Source of the DNA: Hydrolagus affinis
Lineage: Eukaryota
Assembly: GCA_012026655.1 (NCBI GenBank)
Contig: JAAILG010000997.1
Coordinates: forward strand, 1 to 64,000
Direction of reading: 5' to 3'
Length of the DNA stretch: 64,000 bases
Of this stretch, positions 50,964-64,000 are shown piece after piece (the stretch's first letter is position 1; each line of letters opens with the position of its first letter). The translations under genes were made by a program, and so were the position numbers. The notes under the pieces were generated by a model. It searched no databases and was not told the origin of the DNA. It was given only the letters and a program-made list of their open reading frames with translations.

Positions 50964-53900
50964 ACAAATGCTCAAATATTCTAGAATCCTTTTCACAGCT
51001 GATTCTCTGGCAGATTTTATTTCACTGCTTAATACAATCTTTGAAAAGAGCAACTCAATCCCACTGCCCTGCTCTCTCCCCATAACCTAACAGATCTGTT
51101 CTCCCTAAATAAAGTTCTTCATTTCTGGATTGGAAACACATTCAGAAAAAAAAGCATTAGTCTGGAAAATTTGCAAATGAAACCATTTGGCAGGACCAAA
51201 ATTAAATTGTTTTGTAACCTCACTGAGCAGGGTGGGGGAGGGAATTGGGTTTTGATTCACAATTCCCCCAAACGAGACCAATATATCGGCACCTGTGGTT
51301 AAAAGATTGATATAAAGCAGCCAATGTAAACTTGTATCTGTAAACTTGTACTGAATCAATCTGGTCAGTGAGGCATTCGAAATGCAGGGAGGCTGAACAC
51401 AGTGAGAGATAGAGGAAAAAAAGGCATTGTCTCTCCTAATGTCATCTATGAGCCTTTGCAACCTCAAAGGAAGTGAACACTTCTCAATAATACCAGTGCA
51501 TCACAGACCAACAAACTGGTCTATCAGATAACATGGGAGTGGAAGCTAAAGTGCCAAGAGGGAAGTGGAGGGCATAGCTCTGACTCTACTTGTACTTGGA
51601 GCCAGTTCCTCCATGATGAAGAAACTATCATGGTGATGATCTGTTAATCCTGGTGCCAAACCCAGCCAAACCCAGCCAATGCCATTACATCAATCGCAAG
51701 GATTTATTATCATTAATTCAGTGCCTCCAATCTCATGCAAGAAAGATCTATCTCAGAGAGTGGAGGAAGGGTTGGAAATATTCTCTTTCAATTGTTACTT
51801 GCTATAAATGGGATACAGAAGTAAGAATTGGGCATTGCAATTAAATGATCTTCCGAGATCTAATAAACTGGTAGAACAGGCTCGGTGGCAATGAACAATC
51901 TCCCATTGTTCTTGATTTCAAGCATCTCTGCTAATGTTACTTCTCTGACAGGTGTACCCATTGCAGAATTGCTGTCTTTTTCACTTGTTAAAAGTGACGC
52001 ATTAGCCAAGCCTATGTGTGAATCTTTTGTAAACGGGGGAGAAATGAAAAATGTCGATGAACTGTAACCAATGTCTGTCTGCCGCCATCCATTTAATCAC
52101 AATTTCTTTTAGCATTCGTTGCCTACATAACATTACTCGTTCACTGTTCACCCTGTGTGTGCCATTAACTCTCACGTCTCTTTGCAAGGCCTCATTCATC
52201 TCCTTAAGTTGGTTTCCTTGTTTTCAATTGCGAGTATTGTTTTCTTTTGACTGATGCTGTGTTTGGTTGCCTTTCCCCACTGCGCAAACGAAAAACTCTT
52301 TTCTTCTTTTGTCATTTCGATCCAAAAAAAAAACAAAATCCAAGCAGAGACAGTCATAATCCGCAGTCTCAGGCTGCAGGAAAAGTACCCATAACAATGA
52401 CATGGAGAAAACAGTCCAGTGAGTAAGTTCCGTCGACTAGAAGTTAAAAGTGTGATCTGATGGCGTCATGTAACAAGCTCTACGATGGTTGCATGACAAT
52501 GCCGTCAAGTTTCGTGGAGGTGGCGTGAAGCATTATTCGTGAATGTTGTATCGGTTGATGACTGCCCAGTCATTTTCACATGTGCCTTTTGAACTGTGTG
52601 CTGACACTGTTGTTGTTTTTTGTTGCTGTGCTCATTTTAGTTTGGCGGCTTGCAACTGGTTCCTTTAAGAATTAATTATTGTTAATGATTAATTTACAGT
52701 TTTAAGTTCCGTTCAGTCCTGTCAGCTGTGTTTTCTTTAAAAATTGATTTCCCCGCTTCTTTAGATGTCACATGAAACATTGAATTTCCAATCCTTTTTT
52801 TTAAATTATAAATATATATATGTATATATTAAAAAAAAACAGGTTTACTGTTATCAAAGACGTGTGGTTGATTTCTTTGCACTGAAAATATTGTGATTGT
52901 ATTTTTCTTTCGTATGTTTTTTCGAGTAGGGGGCCTTTTTCATTTGAAAGCCTCTCGTAGGATCATAAGAATAAAGAAAATCTTAGTGGATCTATTAACC
53001 GATGCTGGCTGTCACAGACCCAAACTTGCCAAACCAGAACAAACACAAATGGCCAGCACGGGCCTTTAGAATTCCAGCAATTTCAGATTCATTTTCAGTA
53101 GTATGTAAAAACATGCAGAGGAAAAAGTGCTTTTATTGTGCAACTGAAAAAGGGTCCTTTGAAATTGGTTGTTGTTTTTTTTGCTGTTGTAATTGTTGGA
53201 TAGCTGTGTACGGTTTGCTCTTTGTTTAACCAACAGTGTGGGGAACCTGCCAGCATGGATTGATATTCCGCATGACACTTCCACTAGAGTGGACTGTTAC
53301 AGTGGTAGTTTCTTGTGATATAACTGTAAGCGGAATCTAACTTGCTAGCTGTAGACACAACTGCTGTGAAATTTTTTTTTACTTGTTGTTTTAAAACAAA
53401 ATGTGAATTAATATTATGATTGTTAATCATTACCTTTAATAGTTATCATAGCCTCACAACTGTTTTTTATATGTATCTGTAAAATATATGTAATTCAGAT
53501 TCTTAAAGAGACAGTATCCCTATTTTTTGTGGCTAGCTAAGAATTTGCCAGTCAATGGCTAACACTTCAGAATGTATCTTTTCACATACTCCAGCCTTCT
53601 CAAATATGCTGCACCATTTCTATAGATCTGATTTCATTCTATTGAAAAAATGCCATGATTTCATCACTCAACCCATGACTGTTGGGACTCTGCTGAGCGC
53701 AATTGGCTGCTGCGTTTCATCCACATATATACAGTCAATTCACTTTACAGTATATTCTATGAAGCGCATTGGGATGTCTAGAAGATATGAAAAGCACTAT
53801 ATCAAATGCAAGTATTATTATTATTAGCCTGTGAAGGGCATTGAGGTGTCTCAAAGACATGATAAGGCGCTATATCAAACGCAAGGAGTATTATTATTAT

Positions 53901-54427
53901 ACTTTAAATATTTCAATCTATATTATTTTCCCTCAAAGTACAATTGGCTCACAACGATGACCTTGCCTTTGTCTTAGAAACAAATTACAGATCCATTCAC
54001 ATCTTCACACGCTCTCTCGCTCTCTCTCTCTCCCTGAATTCAACATCTGCTCAAGGCACAGCCTACACAACATTCCTTTCCACCAATGTAGATCTCAGCC
54101 AGTCAGGATCACACATTACCCCAATGGTAAGGCCACTGGCATGGCAGCAATCACTGTTTTCTCTGGTGACTGATCTCACATGTTCAAACCCCACTAATTC
54201 AGACCTTAACGCACTCACTTTTGAGAAGGCTGGAGGGTCACGAGAAGTGCGTTGTGCAGAGTGTATCGAGCGGATTGTATTAAAGGCAGAGAGAGAGAGA
54301 GAGAGAAAAAAAAAGCAGGGTGCTGTTTCTTTGGATGACACGTAAATTAAAGCTGTCTTGGTGTAGCTCTTTCCCTGACTTTATGAGGATCTGTCTAATG
54401 CGAGCTGTCTTGCCTTTCCTTTTGCAG

Positions 54428-56600
54428 GGCGGACACTGGAGAGGACCCCATGTACAATACAATAATAAAAGTACTGTTAAAATAAACCTTTGGACATATC
54501 AGCATACGCCAATCAAGCTGAAGACTTCTTCAGACTTTTAACCTTGACTGCTCTGATTGTTTAGACTGTTGAGTCTCTTCGGAAAAAAAATGTATGACTT
54601 CTGCTGAAGGATGGTGTTTTGAACGGCTGAAAGGAGATAACACAAAAGATGTCAGGAGCTTGTAGAGCAACGAGTTGGCTTTCAAATACATTCGAACAGG
54701 ATTTAATAAGGAGTGCCTGTTATTATCATGGATACAGTTGCAATGGGCACACATGGTAAACAGCCACTAAGAGTCTACCTGTCATTCCTTAGGTATTTAG
54801 GGACCAAAAAGACCAAACTTTTTATTGCAGACTTGTAGTCGTATGTAAATTATGGATTTCCTTCCTTCTCTCACTGTTCCTATAACAGTCTGAAGAGTTT
54901 ATCTTGAATTGTAAAAAAAAGAAGTAATAATATTAATGATGATAATACTTAAACTGCTTTTAAATAAGCAAGATTGTAGCTCTTTGATACTTCAAGAGGC
55001 ACTTTGGTATCATTAATTCAAGTAAGTAGTTTTCATATGGTTTACTGTTAACTTTCGTGAAGAGGGAGTGTTTCAAATTGGCTTAAATTGTCGGGGAAGC
55101 AAAAAAAAACTTACTTACAGATGAGAGAAAGAGAGAGAAAGAGGACTATTTTGGAAATAGGATTATTGCTTGGAAATGGTTCATCGTGTTGAGGACACCC
55201 TTCCCTTCGAGATAAAAGCGAAATAAATAAATCAATAGTTGTACAGAATTTAAAAAAAACTTTTAAATTACCAGTATAAAAATAATTTAAAAAATTAGAC
55301 ATAAAATGCAAAAAAAAAACACAATAGAGGTTAGCGTGACTGCTAAAAAAAAAGAATCCTGTAGAATTGTAATTTTGTAGAATTTAGACAAGCATACGTT
55401 CATATACTGCCAACTGCTAATCTATCTGATGCAGTCTGAATTGAGATCAGATGCGTTACACTGGCAGATCTTTGACTGCAATCATTCCAGCTATATATAT
55501 AAAAAAATGTTTTAAAAAAAATTTACAAAGCAAAAAATAATTCAAAAAAATAAAAAAAAACACAATGAAAACAAAGTTCTTGAAAACTATTGTAAACATT
55601 GCAGCAAAAATCGTGGATACGAGTCTCCAGCAAAAAAAAATAACACTACCACCAATAACAGACAAACCTGGAGTAGGCACAAGGTTTGTTTGGCTTTAAA
55701 CATCACCAAGATGTGCTTTGAGCAACTCTTAGCAAAGTTCCATCCATTTCAATAATACTCTCAAGTTAATGATAATAAATACTCTTTGCAAACAAAATAA
55801 TTAACTCCGCAGGGACAGAGCAAACTGAAGCAAAAGTAGCCCTGACTCCTAGAAATGGTTAATGAACATCATATCAATACTGTACTTAACAGAAATTTAA
55901 AAAAATATTAATAGTAATATGAGGGAGAGAATCTCTGCTGTTTACAGGAAGTGTAACAAAAACAGAGAATGTTTAAAAGGTTCTGCCTCTGTTTCATGTA
56001 AATAAATTTGCATATTTTGTAGGAATTTTACTGAACTGACTGAGAACAAAAAAGGAAACTATTTAAAATGAAAGCACGGGATTTATCTTTGGTAACTGAA
56101 TTAACAGAGCAGTTGAGAGGGAGAGTAAAAAAAAAATCCACTGTGTTAATCTCCGTTAAATCTGGAACTGAATATTTTTTATTTATTTACTTATTTATTT
56201 ATTATCATGCTTATTTATTGTATGTATTTTTAGGAGGATATCCTGTCCTTGTTTAATTTATAAATGCCAGGGGAGTGACTGGCCTCTCTCTCCCTTGCTT
56301 CGTTCACTTTTTTTAATGAAACAATTAAAGAAAATCTTTAATTTAAAAAAAATTCCTCCAGCATCAAAAATAAACTTTTTTTTTCTAATTTATTGCCCAA
56401 AATTTTGATTTCCATTCTATTTTTTACTAACAAATAAAAAAAAGAGCTGTATGCCTACCATCAGAGTGGGATATATAGTCACTTAAGACTGACTGCTCTC
56501 TTCACTCTCAATTACCAGAAAAACATTGTAATCTTCATGTAAGTACTGGATGACGCTTTTCAGCTTAGCCCTAAATAAAGCACAGTTTACGAAAAAAAAA
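54428..56600 (+). other. CELF4: Probable terminal non-coding exon (3' UTR) of CELF4
   Basis: Branch-like ctaat (~54395), pyrimidine tract and tttgcag|GGC acceptor; about 2.2 kb AT-rich and free of the SINEs that pepper the introns; AATAAA near the end; SINEs resume at 56760. Confidence 0.75.
56574..56579 (+). terminator. Candidate distal polyadenylation signal AATAAA
   Basis: Last AATAAA of the repeat-free block, with U-rich sequence (ggcttcttatt) downstream. Confidence 0.6.
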
Positions 56601-56759
56601 AACACGGCTTGGCTTCTTATTGAAACTGTTAGGAACATGGTAGGGATGGGTTTTTCTGTGAGGACGAGTTAAAATGAGCCTCAGTACACTTCCTCATACA
56701 AAGTGCTCGTGATCTTTCTGCACAGAAATCTGGAGAGCTTCTCACCGCATCGCATTTGT

Positions 56760-57080
56760 GGAGTCCTGTGGCTCAGTGGTGAGAGCACTTTCCTTGCATG
56801 AGACACCAGGGTTTGATTCCCGGCAGGGTGTGAAACATTGGACAAGTTTCCTTATTCCACACGCCTGATAATAATCGCTCACCCAAAAAAAACACAATAA
56901 TAAATTGATAACTTCAATCTACGACTGTTTGTGGGACACTTCTGTGTGCAATTGGCTGCCGTATTTTCGCCCACAAATATACAGTCAATTCGCTTTACAA
57001 TATATTCTATGAAGCGCTTTGAGACATCTAGAAGATGTGAAAAGTGCGATATCAAATGCAAGGATTATTATTGTTATTAT
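56760..57080 (+). mobile_element. tRNA-derived SINE, full length
   Basis: Head with boxes A and B, body, (TTA)n tail. Confidence 0.9.
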
Positions 57081-58200
57081 CACAAATTAATCTGCCTGTC
57101 TGTCTGCCATAGTTAATTACTACAACAACAATTCGCATTTATGCAGCATCTCTCATGCAGCGGAGTCTCCTGGAGAACTTGATAGTGGCGTAGGTCGACG
57201 CCAAGCCAGAGAGGTAACCAGAAGCACAGTTGAAAAGAAAGGTCTTCTGGCACAAGATAAAAATGGGTGAGGAGGAGGCAAGGCTCTGGGATTAAGAGAG
57301 AATGTTCCAAAGTTTCAAGGCATAGCAGCCAAAAGTGAGGCCACCGATAATCATTGTTATTGATCTTTACTATCTGTAAAAACATAACATAGAAGCCCGG
57401 CTCCATTGGTAGCATTGCCATTGTCGCCTTCTGATGGGACGTTAAACAGAGGTCCCATCTCCTTGTATGTTAAAGATCATAAAGGGCTGTTTGAAAAGAG
57501 AAGGGATTTCACTTCATGCTGTTTGTGGGATAGTGCTCTGCACAAGTGAGCTACTGCTTTTGCCAACAAAACACACAGTCGCTACGCTTCACAGTGAAAC
57601 CCTAGGAACCGCTGTGAGACATCTTGACTAGATGGTCAGGCGCCAAGACACATGCAGGGATTGTTACTGTTAAAAAAAAAGTTTAGGAGCCTAGGTACAT
57701 TCGGGAAGGGATCTTTTCAATCCAGCTGCCCACAAAGTTAAAGAAAAAAGTCATCAAAAAAAAAATCAGCATCCTATACAGTTCCCACTCTCGAACCTTT
57801 CAGCTGAAAATTTTTGCCAGATTCTTCTGCAATTCCCTCTTGATTCTACTGCCAGAATTGACCTTCCACTAGCTCCCCAAGCAGCTTATCCCACATACAA
57901 TATTCACCACTCTGCTTAGAGTAATTACGTCTGAGCAGCCTGTCCTTCTGAGCTGAAGCCATGTCCCTTTTGTACTTGGGACTCAATTTAAATAGTCCAG
58001 GTATGCGTGCGGTGAATTCAGAAGACAAACAACGAGGATGGAAGTGATAGGAAGCTAGTGGAGCCTCGTGAGGGCTGGTGTGATGAGAGTACGGAGTTTA
58101 GAGGGGATGAGTATACGGGTGGCCAAGTTCTGAATATATATGTTGGAGTTTGTGGATAGTAGAGCTGAGGAGACCTGTGAGGAGGGCATCCACAAACAAG

Positions 58201-58566
58201 ATTAATAATAATCCTTGCATTTGATAAAGCACCTTAACATGTTTTCAAGATGCCCCAAAGCGCTTCACAGTATGTGCTGTAAAGTGTAGATTTTGTAGGC
58301 GAAATGCGGCATCCAATTGCGCTCAGTAGTGTCCCACAAGCAGTCATGAATTGAGTGACCAATGTATTATTTTAATTTTTTTGAAGGAATTATTACCCCC
58401 GCAAAAGCAATCTGCCAATCAACTAAGAACTGGGTTCATACTTACAGCAAGCTAAATAGAGGCATGTGGAGTAAGGAAACTTGCCCAACATTTCGCTCTA
58501 CCAGACATTGAACCCCAGTCTCTTGCTTGTAAGGCGAGTGCTCTAAACACTGAGCTACAGAACTCC
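58201..58566 (-). mobile_element. tRNA-derived SINE, long subfamily
   Basis: Head at 58500-58566; extra internal segment ~58400-58460. Confidence 0.85.
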
Positions 58567-61048
58567 ATAAGCATTCACTCTCATCCTCGCCTGGCTGCCC
58601 TGGCTCACCATCCACCCAGGAGATTGAGTTCAAGATGCTTATCCTTTAAATCGCTCCATAATCTTGCCCAATCCTACCTCTGAGATCTCCTCAAACTCTA
58701 CCAAGCAGGTCTCTCCCTCAGCTCAACCCGTACCAATCTGTTTTATTTCCCTTAGTGGTCAGCTTTCAGTATATCTGCCGCCACTCCCTGGAACTCCATC
58801 CGTAGTCCTTTCAACTCACTCCTTCAACTCGCCCCGTCCCTCAACTCCTTCAAGGTCCATCTCAGGACTTTTCTCTTTAACTGCTTTATCGGTCATCTTT
58901 CCTCCACTTCCCTCTCACACCTTCCTCCCAACCCATTGGCCCCAACCACAAGTACCTGGCAAAGAGAAGCGCTCTATAAATTTTATTTGGTATTGTATAT
59001 AGCGCCTAACTTGATTGGAAGGTGTCTCAAAGGGCTACACTGGTGAGGTGACTGTGCTTTGGGGATGAACGGAAATTGAAATTAATAACATTAGCAAGCA
59101 AGACATTACATTACAAGAAGGACATCTCGAGGGGCTTGACAATGCTGGGCGAGCACCTAAACTGTGGGTGGTATCCGAGGGAGGTAAGGAGGAGAAAAAT
59201 CGACCGAAGGATCAATGAGGTACGTTTTGAGACAAGGAGAGGGAGGACGAGAGGGAGTGAGTGAGCGAGCAAACATTCTAAACAAATCCACACCCCTTGG
59301 AGTAAATCATTTCTATGTAATCTCCATTCTTACACCACACCACACACTACCATCCTAAATCAAGTCATCCTCCATTCAAAAAACAAACCCCCATTCATTC
59401 TTCCCAGTTGTAAAACTTGCTGCATTGATCCATCACTACAAATCTTAATAGAGTCCTTCATCCAAAATCCATTGACTAGGCCTTGAAATTAACCCCCACC
59501 TCCCACTCCGAGAAATTTTCTTACACAATAAATCCATTTCTTATACAGGGAATGTGAAATAATTTCACCGGTGGGAGACTTCAATCAGGAATTAACTCAC
59601 AGAACAGGATTTATTTTCCAATAAATCCATCAGACATTGATTCTGCCAGAGGCCATTTTGAACCACGCTGTGAGGATCCCTCAACAACAACAGCAATGAC
59701 TTGCATTTGTATAGCAGCCTTCGCGCGGGGTAGGGTTCCACAGTATCTCAATCACACTGTGACTGTCTCTCAACAACAAATTCCATTTATATAGTGCCCT
59801 TCACTTGGGGCAACATCTCGGAGTGTTTACTAATAATAATTATTAGATTGCGAGACAAGTGCTTTAGCCACTGAGCTATGGTCTCCACAATAACTTAACA
59901 ATGGTGGAGTCTGGCACCGAGCCGAGGGCAGGAAGGAGGTGATGGTAACTACGATCAAAGCAGAAGGTCTTCAGTCATGATGTAAAAGAGTGGAAGGAGG
60001 GGATAAGGCAGAGGGGTTGAGGGCAAGGGTTCCAAAGCCTTTCAACACCGACAACAACTCTCATTTATATAGTGCACTGCACGCAGGGAAATGTCCCGGA
60101 GCGCCGTTGATCACACTCTGAAACAAGCGAAAATGCAGCACTGAAGAAAATAATCCAACGTACAGTACAATCAGTGTGAACCACCTGCCGAAGCCAATGT
60201 TGCTCATAGAGTACAAACAAGTGAGAGAGTGGAAATTGATGTCACTGCACAGTGGGGTCGACTCTGAGCACGCAGTGGAGTCGACTCTGAGCAATGAATG
60301 GCACTGAGGACATTTACAGCCACGCACGTTAATATGCAAATTCCATGGAGAGATACAGCATTGTCATGCAGTGTGTGAATGATTGTAACTTGATCGAAGT
60401 AGATTCAAGCAGATGCTACACAACACTGGTACAGTTTGTGGGACACTGCTGCGCGCAATTGGCTGCCACGGTTCGTCCAATAAAATATACAGCCAATTCA
60501 CTTTATAGTATAGTATATTCAGTGGAGCGCTTTGAGACGTCTCAATGACATGATAATGCACTATATCAAATACAAGGATTATTATTATCATTATTATTAT
60601 TGTGTCCTGATTAAGTGGGTCGTACACTTAATTGATACAAACAATATTTTACTGTTGTTTTGAATTGGGCTGATTCTACAGATGAACGAAAGTTTTGATT
60701 TGAAAGGCCAAATGTCTAAAAAGAATTTTCATGGTGTTGCCAATCAGAGCGTCTTAACGCTATTTAACTTTACCGCTTTTCCTATCTTCAATAAAAGAGT
60801 CAAACATCTATCTTTCATGTGCACATCTGGCCCAATGCAGATCACAGTGGAAGGAGCTCAGGGTTGCTGTGCAGACTGATAGCAAGGGAGCACTATTTGA
60901 TTGCTATTCATTGCTACCACTTTGCTCCTCTGCCCTAATCTTGCTTCTAAGCAAAAAATTGCGTTTAGAATCGCCTGCATGCTCGCCAAATGTAGACATA
61001 GCAAACAATTTTTGGGGTCATTCAGGTGTCTGACACAGAAACCATCAG

Positions 61049-61449
61049 TGGGGTCCTTTGTTGTTTTGGTTAGAGCACTCGCTTCTCAAGCAAGAGTACC
61101 CAAGTTCAATTCCTGGGCAGAGTAAATAAAACCTTAGGCAAATTTCCTTACTCCACACACCTCTGTTTACCGAGCAATAAGTAGGAACTCGTTTGTCATT
61201 CGATTGCGGATCACATTCCAGGGGTAATAATGCCTCCCAAAAAACTATGATAATTAGGCCACTCAATTCACAACTATTTGTGGAATGTTGCTGTGCACAA
61301 TTGGCTGCTGTGTTTCGCCCAAAAGTAAACAGTCAATTCACAAACTACTATACTTCACTTTATATTCTGTGAAGCGCTTTGAAATGTCTAGAAGATGTGA
61401 AAAGCGCTATATCAAATGCAAGGATTATTAGTATTATTATTATTATTAT
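61049..61449 (+). mobile_element. tRNA-derived SINE, long subfamily
   Basis: Degenerate head, extra internal segment CTCTGTTTACCGAGCAATAAGTAGG, well-preserved tail. Confidence 0.85.
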
Positions 61450-62968
61450 CTACACTACCACCACTTCAGGCAACAACAACAACAAATTACATTTGTAGAG
61501 CGCCTTTCACGTTGGGAGGACATCCCAAGGCAGTGAGTTTGTTTCACAATTTTACTACCCTCTGCGTGAAGTATAGTAGTTCTTTCTAAATTCTCTTTTA
61601 GATCCCCCTAGTCGCTGTCTTATATTTGTATTCCCTGGTGACCGACTCCCCAAACATTCCATGTATGTTATCTTTGTTGAACCATTAGGGCCCTGTACCC
61701 CCAGCTAAAACTGCACAGCTTGTCATTGAATGCATTATCTGGCAAGCTTCCTGCTGCTTGTCCAGCTAGGACCACCCTACCCATTAGCGCTTTGGCTTGC
61801 AGAATTAATAGGGTGGGAAAAATCCCTGCTCCCAACTGACTGGTCTACCTACTCCAGCCCTGGTGAGTTGGTCTATCATCAGCAGTGCGCTGGAGTACTG
61901 ATCACTCTAGCACTCTAGCAAAGATACATCAGAGAAGACTTCAAATGCATCGTGAGTTTACTTGTTTTTCTCTCTTTTGGTCGCGCTTCATTCATTCACA
62001 AGATTACAATCATGGAAGGAGTGGGGAACAGAGAAACATAGAAATAAAAAAGAGTGGCCAAAAGGTTAACAACAACAACAACTTGCACTTATGTGATGTC
62101 CTTCACCTAAACAGAGAGTTGCCTGACCATTTCTGCAGAGGCAAGATTCCCCTCTCCTTTAAATTATCATTACAAAGTCTAATCTTCCTGTCCCGTCGCT
62201 CTCTTGTGCCAGGGTTGTGAGCCACAGTGTAAAAGGACAATTTCCACTCTCCCGATCAGTAGCGTTTCCCTGGTAACACCACCACCACCACCACAAGCGG
62301 TCTATAAAATGTCCACATGCGATTTCTCCATCTTCTAAAGTGCTGTAGCAAAGGTCAAAGCTGATTGTGAGGATGAGCGAAAGTTTTGATTTAAAAGGCC
62401 AAATGTCAAAAAAAAAAATTCAAGGTGTTGCCTTTCTAAGTGTCTTGAAGCTATTTGACTTACCGCTTCCCTTTTCCAATATAAAAAAAAGCAAATATCT
62501 GTGTTTTGCAGATAATTGGACATCACTCAAATATAAATTGGTAACTTTCCTAAATTAAAAAAAAAGTTCCATCAGGAGTTATACTATTAATCCAGCACCA
62601 CACTGTGCCAGCCTTTCCCTCTCGGTTTTTCTGTCTGTCTCTCTCTCCGTAATCATTTTTCTCTTTTACCATGTCTTTTTCTCTCTCGCACTATAAACTC
62701 TTTCTCCGAGTGTCCCACTGAGTCTCCCTGTCTCTTGACTCTCTAGATAACTTTCTCTCTTTTTCTATCTCTGCATTTGTATCTCTTCTCCCAAGCTGCA
62801 TATTGTAAAAGCATAACAAATGTTTTCTCCCGCAAAAAAAACATACTGCTGGTGTTACGTGCGAGGTTGCACATCACGCCCAGAGTTGTAGGAATGGTGC
62901 ATCTGGGTTCAGAAACGTCCCTAGCAACCTGGCACAGAACAGTATTTTTGCTAATGTCAAGCAACCGT

Positions 62969-63272
62969 AGAGTCCTGCAGCTTAGTGGTTAGAGCGCTCG
63001 CCTCGCAAGCAAGAGCATTTCTGCCAGGGCGATATGTTGACCACGTTTCCTCACTCCACACGTCTGTTTACCTAGCAGTAAATAGGAAACCGGTTGTTAG
63101 CCGATTGGCAGAATGCTTTTATCCTTTGAATAATTCCTTCAAAATAAATAAACATTATTTGGTCACTCAATCCACGACTGTCTGTGGGACACTGCTGTGA
63201 GCAATTGGCAGCCGCAAAATATACAGTCAATTCAATTTGCAGTATGTTCTGCGAAGCACTTTGAGAAGTCTC
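62969..63272 (+). mobile_element. tRNA-derived SINE, long subfamily, 3'-truncated
   Basis: GAGTCCTGCAGCTTAGTGGTTAGAGCGCTCGCC head; internal TCTGTTTACCTAGCAGTAAATAGG. Confidence 0.85.
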
Positions 63273-64000
63273 CACCATATCGTCTATGAAGCCCACCACC
63301 TGCTCCCTTGACCCCATCCACACTCCTCTCCTTACCTACCAGCAACACCTCCTCATCCCCCTACTCTTCAACACCATTAATCCAGCGTCCTCCTTGTCCC
63401 CTGAATACTCCGTTCCACCACCGGTGGCTGCACTTTCAGCTACTACGCCCAAAACTTTAGAATTCCCTCCCTGAACGCCTTCACCTCACACCCTCCTACT
63501 GCATCTTCAGGTCATGCTCGAAGACCTTTCCCTTCGACCGCGCTTACGGTCACCATCCCCCTCCTCCTGGCTCGGCTTTGGGCTCCACCATTGTTAAGCG
63601 CTCTGAGATGCCACCCAGTGTGGAGGACACTATGTAAATGCAAGTTGTTGTAGCTTTACACACACAGACAACCCTTCCCCAACTCATGTTTCTTATAGAT
63701 TTCTAAGTAAGAAACGAGTAATTATCCAATATCTAAATTACGAGACATCCTGGAGGACAAATTCTCCCGTATTTCCTACTTGAGAAGTACCACAGATTAA
63801 ACCCATTTGTTGAATTGATTACAGAGCTTTCCAGCACTGCTGTGTTCATTGCTTGTATTCAGAATTGCGCAAGTGAATAAAACTGGCACTGAAATGCTAC
63901 GTAACCTTATTTTATTTATGGTTTGGCCTCACTGAGTACAGTCGGAGATAAATGTAAGGAGACAGATCTTTAATAACCGTGATCCTGGTTATTTGCAAGA

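Larger units (their letters stand above)
6181..56600 (+). other. CELF4: CELF4 (CUGBP Elav-like family member 4) gene, 3' portion; upstream exons encoding RRM1/2 lie before the window
   Basis: Six GT-AG exons join in frame: [238 protein letters not shown]. From recall, the linker matches CELF4 rather than CELF3/5/6. Confidence 0.95.
495..60600. repeat. Numerous dispersed SINE 3'-tail fragments (~110-200 bp) on both strands
   Basis: Recurring CACAAAATATACAGTCAATTCACTTTACAGTATATTCTGTGAAGCGCTTTGAGA...ATATCAAATGCAAGGATTATTATT, e.g. near 495, 1090, 3475, 10320, 10960, 17175, 24765, 26090, 27258, 29680, 32600, 34125, 36720, 38215, 44670, 44880, 46125, 48915, 53665 and 60435. Confidence 0.9.

Noticed and set aside
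60249-60293. 23-nt tandem duplication CAGTGGRGTCGACTCTGAGCA (a similar small duplication lies at 10820-10858)
   Set aside because: Two-copy slippage duplications with no functional context
57100-64000. A second gene downstream of CELF4
   Set aside because: Only repeats and short spurious ORFs; no recognisable protein or exon chain on either strand

Overview
Eukaryotic vertebrate DNA. The repeat landscape (tRNA-headed SINEs with L2-type tails, Deu-domain SINEs, CR1 and L2 LINE relics) points to a cartilaginous fish; this is an inference. The window holds the 3' half of one + strand gene, CELF4 (BRUNOL4), a neuronal RRM-type RNA-binding protein. Six coding exons (6181-6328, 9759-9908, 27050-27115, 32822-32902, 35930-36073, 42841-42968) total 717 nt and splice in frame. 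They encode the divergent linker and RRM3 and end ...[10 protein letters not shown]. An intron follows in the 3' UTR, then a repeat-free terminal exon (~54428-56600). Almost all ORFs in the supplied track are spurious or repeat-derived. I see no prokaryote-type system, CRISPR array or intact transposon, and no clearly new biological system. The most interesting signal is a possible splicing-autoregulation layer: an internal donor that deletes 20 aa of RRM3, a tandem GT donor, three candidate NMD-triggering exons in repeat-poor or UG-rich intron blocks, and a candidate microexon. These candidates come from motif reading only and need RNA data. Repeat coordinates are approximate.
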